Part shown: positions 16,107 to 21,810 of the stretch, piece by piece
Numbering within the stretch: position 1 is the first letter of the stretch
Layout: every line of letters starts with the position of its first letter
IMG/VR virus record: IMGVR_UViG_3300033148_006048
Length of the DNA: 21,810 bases
Reading direction: 5' to 3' (one strand)
DNA from: an uncultured virus (IMG/VR IMGVR_UViG_3300033148_006048)
Lineage: Duplodnaviria; Heunggongvirae; Uroviricota; Caudoviricetes
Notes under the pieces: generated by a model
Seen by the model: only the letters and a program-made list of their open reading frames with translations
Database searches by the model: none
Told to the model about the DNA's origin: nothing
Position numbers and translations under genes: made by a program

Positions 16107-16737
16107 TATTACTCGCTATATATTTAAAAAGTACATCTAATTCATCAAATAAACCAAATTTTGATACCTCCCAGCTATGCCCCCAAATATGGTAAATTGC
16201 CCCGGTCTTCTTGGCTTCTTCAAATAAATTAATCGCGTATTCCAACCAATGTAATCCCTCATACTCTGGCCGTGCCGGGTGAACATGAACCGCCGGGTGA
16301 ATCCGGTACATATTCTCGCCCAAATCTTCATAATTATTATCGTAAAGATGACCAACAAGCGTCGTTCTCGCATACTTAAATCCCGCCCGTTTAACCATCT
16401 CAATCGTCGTCTCATTATATCTCCCCCTCGGGTAGCAAAACCACCTAATCTTCTGTCCTCCGCTCATAGCCTTCAACCAACCTCGATTGCTCGCTATCTC
16501 GTCCGCCTGTCGGCCTTCGGTTAATCTTTTCAAGTCTTGGTGGTGCGTCCGGGTATGCCCGCCAATCTCAAACCCCATTTTGGCCAGTCTGCCAATCCCG
16601 CTCATTCCAATATTCGTATATGGCGACCAATTCGGTATAAAAAAGATTCCGGGTAAATCGTATTCTTTTAAAAGTTCCGCTATTTTGAAATCATATTTAT
16701 TCCCATCGTCCCAACTCGTTTTCACGCGCACATGCAT
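16099..16737 (-). CDS. polysaccharide deacetylase (CE4/NodB-like)
   Basis: TSWDDG, EIGGHTRTH, FCYPRG, YART, HIWGHSWE. Confidence 0.92.
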   Translation of the reverse strand: MHVRVKTSWDDGNKYDFKIAELLKEYDLPGIFFIPNWSPYTNIGMSGIGRLAKMGFEIGGHTRTHHQDLKRLTEGRQADEIASNRGWLKAMSGGQKIRWFCYPRGRYNETTIEMVKRAGFKYARTTLVGHLYDNNYEDLGENMYRIHPAVHVHPARPEYEGLHWLEYAINLFEEAKKTGAIYHIWGHSWEVSKFGLFDELDVLFKYIASNNG

Positions 16738-16940
16738 AATTTATTTTTAAAATAATTAGTCCAATATTCTCTATTACGATTAACCTTCATATTACACCTT
16801 AAACAAAGAGTATTTAGATTATCTTCTTTACAATTATTTTTATCAAAATCAATATGATTAACACTAAGAACTCTATTTAATTCTTCTAATTCCTCTCGTT
16901 CTGTTCTACCACATAATTGACATGTAAAATTATCTCGCTC
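16722..16940 (-). pseudogene. start-less HNH endonuclease remnant
   Basis: After an in-frame TAA: ERDNFTCQLCGRTEREELEELNRVLSVNHIDFDKNNCKEDNLNTLCLRCNMKVNRNREYWTNYF...*. Confidence 0.88.
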
Positions 16941-16968
16941 TTATTGTCAAAATCCTAACTGTCTTCAT
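16930..16968 (-). pseudogene. orphan 5' stub resembling the deacetylase N-terminus
   Basis: MKTVRILT(IRAR*) versus MHVRVKT-SWDDG; the ATG overlaps the upstream gene end. Confidence 0.45.
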
Positions 16969-17146
16969 AAATATTTTTGCGTATAAATTTAGGCGACGGG
17001 TACATCTTTTCCATCATCTCGGCTCTCTGCTTCGCAATAATCTCATCAAATTTCCTCGCGTTTTCTTTAACTTTTGCTTTACTAAACTCATTCTTGGCAT
17101 AAAACGCCGAATTCTCCCTAGTTGTCTCTTCCATGTTTTCTCTCAT
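16955..17146 (-). CDS. hypothetical protein
   Basis: 63-aa ORF in operon orientation. Confidence 0.65.
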   Translation of the reverse strand: MRENMEETTRENSAFYAKNEFSKAKVKENARKFDEIIAKQRAEMMEKMYPSPKFIRKNIYEDS

Positions 17147-17151
17147 ATACC

Positions 17152-17176
17152 AAAAAAACCAGCACTAAAACTGGTT
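17152..17176 (-). terminator. possible intrinsic terminator
   Basis: AACCAGT-TTTAGT-GCTGGTT followed by a T run on the minus strand. Confidence 0.5.
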
Positions 17177-17214
17177 CCCCTTCCCCAAATCAACAATTTT
17201 GTCCTTAACAAACC

Positions 17215-17403
17215 TCATTTTTTACATCTATCAATTAAATCTTTGAATTCTTGTAGGCTATATTGCCGGCCTCGATACTCAAAAACTGGCTCCTTGCAAT
17301 CAATACATGTCCCAATCCAGTACGAGTTCGCTAATGGTGACTCAGTTACGAACTCAATACGCATTGTATTTTTATGTTGGCAAATTTCGCTTTTTGTAGC
17401 CAT
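17215..17403 (-). CDS. small putative zinc-binding protein
   Basis: CQH...CIDC; 62 aa. Confidence 0.7.
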   Translation of the reverse strand: MATKSEICQHKNTMRIEFVTESPLANSYWIGTCIDCKEPVFEYRGRQYSLQEFKDLIDRCKK

Positions 17404-17404
17404 A

Positions 17405-17538
17405 TCTCGGTAGTGAGGCGGGGGAAAATGGCCACCTCTGGGTCAAGTTCCCCCGCTTGGGGCGTTTTGTACGCTCGTCTAGGTCTGTTCGCCAACCGAG
17501 ACAAGTTAATGAGTAACCGGCTCACCGGTAATAACCCG
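17405..17538 (-). ncRNA. candidate structured RNA (GC-rich, multi-stem)
   Basis: TCTCGGT (17501-17495) pairs with ACCGAGA (17411-17405), enclosing GCGT-ACAAA-ACGC and GCGGGGGAA/TTCCCCCGC (17456-17448/17426-17418). An ACCGG-TGAG-CCGGT hairpin lies upstream. Confidence 0.5.
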
Positions 17539-17679
17539 CTAACTCGTCACAGTAACCGCTTTTACGGTAATTTCCCTCTTGCAACTGGGGCAATGCCCGT
17601 TGATTCGAACGAACCACTTATAGATTATCTCGTTGCAGTGAGGGCAGACCATCTCGCCTTCGTGAATCTTCTGTTTCAT
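17539..17679 (-). CDS. 46-aa zinc-ribbon protein with strong SD
   Basis: AAAGGAGGT-AGCC-ATG; MKQKIHEGEMVCPHCNEIIYKWFVRINGHCPSCKREITVKAVTVTS*. Confidence 0.85.
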   Translation of the reverse strand: MKQKIHEGEMVCPHCNEIIYKWFVRINGHCPSCKREITVKAVTVTS

Positions 17680-17713
17680 GGCTACCTCCTTTCAGTTTTC
17701 CACAGGCATTTTT

Positions 17714-17742
17714 AGCTTAGCATACTTGAAAATGTTTGTCAA
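17714..17742 (-). promoter_or_regulatory. sigma70-type promoter with extended -10
   Basis: TTGACA (17742-17737), 17-bp spacer ending TGC, TAAGCT (17719-17714). Confidence 0.75.
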
Positions 17743-18209
17743 GTATTCTCAATATCGTCCAAGCAATCGTCGTGAACAACCCGCCCATTATTGATTAATT
17801 TTGACATTTCTAAAGCTTTATCGTATAGTTTTCCACGCCGTATTTTCTTGTCTCGCAAATCTTCCTTAAGCGTGAAAAACATCTCAGTTAAATTGTTAAT
17901 CGCAATGTCCTTTCGGTTCGTATTGTGTAAATAAACGCACCATTCCTGAAGGTTCCCAATAAGCGCGCGCTCCTGCTTAAGCATAACTGCCTGTGCATTA
18001 ACATTCCCAAAAAGCAAAAACCCTATCAGAATAAACAAAAAATTCGCTTCTTTAAAGGCAAAAAATAAACAAACAATAATTAATATTGTCACCGCCAACT
18101 TTGAAAAGTCGTAAACCTCCTTATGGTGTTTATACGTTAAGTCCAACTTTTTAATCCTCTCTTCAAGTTGCTTAACACCTTGTATGTATTCTCTTCTCAT
18201 TTTAATCAA
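17739..18209 (-). CDS. hypothetical two-TM membrane protein
   Basis: Hydrophobic hairpin LAVTILIIVCLFFAF...FLFILIGFLLFG; the start may instead be ATG 18200. Confidence 0.75.
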   Translation of the reverse strand: MIKMRREYIQGVKQLEERIKKLDLTYKHHKEVYDFSKLAVTILIIVCLFFAFKEANFLFILIGFLLFGNVNAQAVMLKQERALIGNLQEWCVYLHNTNRKDIAINNLTEMFFTLKEDLRDKKIRRGKLYDKALEMSKLINNGRVVHDDCLDDIENT

Positions 18210-18271
18210 TTATCGGTTCGTTAATATCTTTAAAAAGCAACTCGTCAATTTCTAATTTTACCAGTCCACAA

Positions 18272-19633
18272 TTATAAAAACATAACATCCGGTGTCGTAG
18301 TCTGGGGAGCAAACGTTAAAATAAGCGCGTCGGCGTCGTCCGGGCTTCTTCCAATTCTCTGTCTTAAGTCCTGTTTAGGCTCAATAAATAATTTCCGGCT
18401 TGAGTCTTCCTTATATCGAATCTCCTGAAGTTGTTTAAATTCGTCAAGCGGTTCTAAAGCGTTGTCTTTATTCTCAATCCAAATCTTCGCGTCCCAGCTA
18501 GCTTCGGCTTTAACATTCTTGAATCTGTCCTTATCTCGCGGTTCACTACCGGCCACAACCGCAGTAACGTTAATATTGTCCTCACGCAGTTTATCGGTCA
18601 CACCGCCCCCAACCCCTATATCATCAATAAAAATGTCTCTATCGGCAATTTTGAAGTCCTCACGGTACTTCTTAACCCGACCTACCTGAAACATTAAGTT
18701 TGGGTCTTTGTTACTTTCAAGCCGTTTTGCGTAATTGTCATATCGCAAAATATAAACTGTCGGGTCTCCCCCGCGCCCAACGTCAACGCCAAGTCTCGGG
18801 CTTCCTTTCGGCGTAACCTTGCGGTTCATAGCCGAAACAATCGCCTCTTCTGTCAAAAGCGTAGAATATCCCTTCTCATCAATAAGCCCAATATTCGGAA
18901 ATTTACACTCCCACAGTTGCTCAAAAAACGGTTTAGGCCGGGCTTCGTCAATAATTTCCTGCGTCAATCGTCCCTCGTTATACGGCAATATCTCGCTTTC
19001 CTTAAGCCCCTGATAACAGTCAATAATAATTTTATTGTATTTAGAATCGCTAAAAGCCTGCTTAAAATGATTGTTTTCAAAAGCGTTTCCAATTTTAACA
19101 AAATAGTTATCCGCACTGTCCGCAAGCATTCTAACAATCATAGCTTCTATTTTGTCCGGTATAAGCGGAGCTTCGTCCAAGATAATATTCGGGGAGCCTT
19201 GTCCTAAAATAGCGCCAATTCGCCTGCTATTCCGCGCGTCTGCGGTTAAAACAAACACTCTACCTCCCCGTCTAAATGTCAAATTATCCTTCTTCCTTTC
19301 GCGTCTAAGTCGGTCAAGCGGCATATCTGTATCTAATTGCGACAAAAATCTCTCACTGTCAAATATATGCTGAATAAGATGCCTCATAAGCACATCAGCT
19401 TGAAGCTTAGTCGGACCGATAAAGACCCACGACTCTGGATATGTAGTCGCACGGCAGAGAACGGCTTGTGCTATGGTCATGCTTTTACCAAAACGAGTAT
19501 GCGCCAATATAGCATTCCTTGGATGTAGCCTAAGCAGTATCTCCTCAAATATCTCAAGCTGACCCGCCTTCATCACCTGCCTATCACCACTGGCGTTCCT
19601 AAATTGTGAGACCGCGGCCTTTACTATATCCAT
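18272..19633 (-). CDS. terL: phage terminase large subunit
   Basis: Q motif (AGQLEIF), Walker A HTRFGKS, Walker B IILDEA, coupling IGN, RNase H-like LGVDVG...D, IFIDDIGVGGGVTD, SPDDADAL. Confidence 0.95.
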   Translation of the reverse strand: MDIVKAAVSQFRNASGDRQVMKAGQLEIFEEILLRLHPRNAILAHTRFGKSMTIAQAVLCRATTYPESWVFIGPTKLQADVLMRHLIQHIFDSERFLSQLDTDMPLDRLRRERKKDNLTFRRGGRVFVLTADARNSRRIGAILGQGSPNIILDEAPLIPDKIEAMIVRMLADSADNYFVKIGNAFENNHFKQAFSDSKYNKIIIDCYQGLKESEILPYNEGRLTQEIIDEARPKPFFEQLWECKFPNIGLIDEKGYSTLLTEEAIVSAMNRKVTPKGSPRLGVDVGRGGDPTVYILRYDNYAKRLESNKDPNLMFQVGRVKKYREDFKIADRDIFIDDIGVGGGVTDKLREDNINVTAVVAGSEPRDKDRFKNVKAEASWDAKIWIENKDNALEPLDEFKQLQEIRYKEDSSRKLFIEPKQDLRQRIGRSPDDADALILTFAPQTTTPDVMFL

Positions 19634-19635
19634 AT

Positions 19636-20154
19636 TTAATCTTTTTTCTCCTCTTTTTTCTGCCCCCCTAGTATCTCCTTCCGCTTCTCGTCGAGCGACT
19701 GCTTAAAGATATCATTGTCCTCGTCGTAGCCTTTCTGGTTTATATTGTAGTTTATGTTCATCGGCTTGCCTAGTATGCGCTCAATCACGGCAATAGCCGC
19801 GGATACCCGCGGACCATGCTGGTCGCGCTGTCCCATCACGCTAACTAGACATTCAAACGCCGTCTTAAGATGAGCCTTCGCCAAGTCTAAACTTTCGCTC
19901 TCTATCTCCTCAAGCCGTTTCTTTTTGTAAATCTCATAGACATCCTTGAGATGTCCTTCACTATAAAACGCCTTTTTAACCGTGTTCTCACTTATATTCT
20001 CAAATCCCTGCTTAAGCATTTCTGCCGCTATGTCCCTATATTTTAAACCGAGAATCTTAAGATTCATCATTACTAAATCACGCTCCGATAGTTCACTTAA
20101 GTTCAATTCGGTTCCTTCTTTATTTGACTTTTCGTCTGTTTTTTGGTCTGGCAT
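19636..20154 (-). CDS. terS: probable terminase small subunit
   Basis: Immediately upstream of terL; N-terminal HTH (LKYRDIAAEM...SENTVKK) and RVSAAIAVIERILGKP motif. Confidence 0.75.
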   Translation of the reverse strand: MPDQKTDEKSNKEGTELNLSELSERDLVMMNLKILGLKYRDIAAEMLKQGFENISENTVKKAFYSEGHLKDVYEIYKKKRLEEIESESLDLAKAHLKTAFECLVSVMGQRDQHGPRVSAAIAVIERILGKPMNINYNINQKGYDEDNDIFKQSLDEKRKEILGGQKKEEKKD

Positions 20155-20338
20155 AATTCCAATTTAAAAATAGTTTCGATGGTATTACCTTTCAAATTAC
20201 CCTCACTTTTATGAATATGTTTACATTCGCCCTCTTTATTCAATTTTTTCCAGTCAATCTCAGTAAAATACGTACTTGCTGAAATTGATAACTTGATAAT
20301 CTATCCATTCTTTAACAAATTGCCAAAGAACTGTCAAA

Positions 20339-21205
20339 TTAAATCAAAATTCTTTGCGACATTCTACGAAGTGCTATACGAATATACTCCTCGCTAATTT
20401 CAATCCCAATCCACTTCCGTCTTAACTTTTCAGCTACCCAGAGAGTTGTACCACTTCCAGCGAAAGGGTCAAGGACTATTCCGTCCTTGGGGCAACCAGC
20501 TTTTATCATTGGTACTACAAGTTTCTCCGGGAATGTAGCGAAGTGGGCATCGCTGAAAGGTTGGGTGGGTATTCGCCAAATATCTCCGGGGTTCTTGCCT
20601 TTAGGATTAGTTTCACCGCCATAGTTATCAAAAAAACTTCTTATTCTACCACTTCCCTCTTGCCAGCCAGTCTTCTCTTGAGTTTCTTTTGACTGGTCCG
20701 GGGTTATAAATTTCTGGGATTTCTTAGTATTTTTACCAAACCTATCCCATGGCTCACCATACTTCTGTTGAAATTTTGAACCTTTGGCGTATTTAGGTAA
20801 TAAATCTCTACGCCACGCAATTCCCTGTTTATTATCTTTGGCAAAAGGCATTATCCCGTCTTTTTTATCCTGTCTAATTCTTCTTGCTACATCATCAGGA
20901 TATTGATGAGGTATCCGAACAGCATCAAGGTCAAACCAGTAGCGTTTATTTTTAACTAACATATAAACTGGCTCATAACTATTGGCAAAACGGTCTTTTA
21001 CTGAACTGGGCATGTGGTTCGGCTTACTATTATGCGTCCAAATTCCATTAGCAAGAAAATAAAGATTATTCCATTTTTTCTTTTTTTCTTCTTTTGTTGA
21101 TTTTTTACTTTTTCCTTTTCCACAATAACTTGTATAAATTGGCTCAATTTCTATATCATAAACTTTTTGTTTTTCAATCCTCTCTACTTTTTCAATATTG
21201 AACAC
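20339..21205 (-). CDS. intein C-terminal segment fused to the C-terminal half of a beta-class N4/N6 DNA methyltransferase
   Basis: IEKVERIEKQKVYDIEIE (block F), YFLANGIWTHN/S (block G and +1 Ser), then KPNHMPSSVKDR...HFATFPEKL...VLDPFAGSGTT...IGIEI. The catalytic (D/S)PPY motif is absent. Confidence 0.9.
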   Translation of the reverse strand: MFNIEKVERIEKQKVYDIEIEPIYTSYCGKGKSKKSTKEEKKKKWNNLYFLANGIWTHNSKPNHMPSSVKDRFANSYEPVYMLVKNKRYWFDLDAVRIPHQYPDDVARRIRQDKKDGIMPFAKDNKQGIAWRRDLLPKYAKGSKFQQKYGEPWDRFGKNTKKSQKFITPDQSKETQEKTGWQEGSGRIRSFFDNYGGETNPKGKNPGDIWRIPTQPFSDAHFATFPEKLVVPMIKAGCPKDGIVLDPFAGSGTTLWVAEKLRRKWIGIEISEEYIRIALRRMSQRILI

Positions 21206-21387
21206 TATCTATTTTTATTTTTGGCTTTGGCAATCTTCCCCATCTTTTTTGTGCTATCACCACACATCAATCTATGGTCCCCGAGTAAATAAACATCACC
21301 CAACTTAGTAATCGGCTCGGTTATCTTTTCCGCCTCGGCTTTGGCATCAAAATCGTCTTCCTTTGTCTCGCCAGTTATTTTACCCAA
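21205..21387 (-). pseudogene. internal fragment of a ParB-DNA methylase fusion gene
   Basis: EDDFD...PITKLGDVYLLGDHRLMCGDST is the linker and first strand of that family; nothing before or after it is retained. Confidence 0.8.
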
Positions 21388-21810
21388 TTCTTATTTAGAT
21401 TTTTTTTATCTTTCAATAACTTGTAGAAAGCTGGCTGTCTAATCTTCTTATATTCTGCCCAAGCTGGCTGTTCAATCTTTTCATACTTTGCCCAAGCTGG
21501 CTGTCTAATCTTTTCATATTCTGCTAAAGCTGACTGTCTAATCTTCTTATATTCTGTCCAAGCTGACTGTTCAATTCAATCTTTTCATATTCTGCTAAAG
21601 CTGACTGTCTAATCTTCTTATATTCTGTCCAAGCTGACTGTTCAATCTTTTCATACTTTGCCCAAGCTGGCTGTCTAATCTTTTCATATTCTGCTAAAGC
21701 TGGCTGTCTAATCTTCTTATATTCTGCTAAAGCTGGCTGTTCAATCTTCTCATACTTTGCCCAAGCTGGCTGTCTAATCTTTTCATATTCTGCTAAAGCT
21801 GACTGTCTAA
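21375..21810 (-). pseudogene. 3' part of an 11-aa-repeat helical protein gene with a frameshift
   Basis: (R/E)Q(S/P)A(L/W)(A/T)(E/K)Y(E/K)KI repeats ending PAFYKLLKDKKNLNKNWVK*; a duplicated ATTGA at 21571-21580 shifts the frame. Confidence 0.75.
21429..21810. repeat. 33-bp coding tandem repeat, 11 full units plus a partial one in view
   Basis: Unit (minus strand): AGA/GAA CAG YCA GCT TKR RCA RAR TAT RAR AAG ATT. Confidence 0.97.

Noticed and set aside
17696..17704. DnaA box match TTTTCCACA
   Set aside because: Single copy with no origin context.
2176..20167. Plus-strand ORFs and nested alternate-frame minus ORFs in the track
   Set aside because: They shadow well-supported minus-strand genes and have no motifs; 17374-17715 overlaps the SD-led gene and the structured region.
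20160..20338. TTGACA upstream of terS and short frames in this gap
   Set aside because: The -10 at 17 bp (TAAAGA) is poor, and the frames are a 22-aa ORF and a start-less stretch with no recognisable motif.
21429..21810. CRISPR array
   Set aside because: Units are contiguous with no unique spacers and keep codon periodicity; this is a coding repeat.
1..21810. Stop-codon reassignment explaining the broken genes
   Set aside because: TAA, TAG and TGA all end intact genes at tight junctions, and most breaks are frame changes or deletions.

Overview
Virus-like (tailed dsDNA phage or prophage) segment with every credible gene on the minus strand. In transcription order (right to left): a 33-bp/11-aa tandem-repeat gene carrying a 5-nt frameshift, a remnant of a ParB-type DNA methylase, the C-terminal half of an N4/N6 DNA methyltransferase that starts with a C-terminal intein segment, terminase small and large subunits, and then, where a portal gene would normally follow, about 18 kb of glycan genes. 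These comprise about 9 glycosyltransferase-like ORFs (GT2/GT-A, GT4/GT-B, one GT4-GT2 fusion), 3 SAM methyltransferases, a radical SAM protein, a UDP-glucose-dehydrogenase-family enzyme, an NDP-sugar epimerase/reductase and a polysaccharide deacetylase. HU, SpoVG, ClpP and many small ORFs are interspersed. Most genes lack Shine-Dalgarno sites. Features outside the ORF track: five decayed HNH endonuclease remnants (at two sites preceded by an orphan copy of the downstream gene's N-terminus), two genes that appear to start at ATA/ATT, an 8-nt frame break flanked by two hairpins in the leftmost gene, an interlocked inverted-repeat switch at 14162-14254, and one promoter + strong-SD zinc-ribbon cassette followed by a structured GC-rich segment. 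All calls come from reading motifs by eye; no searches were run.
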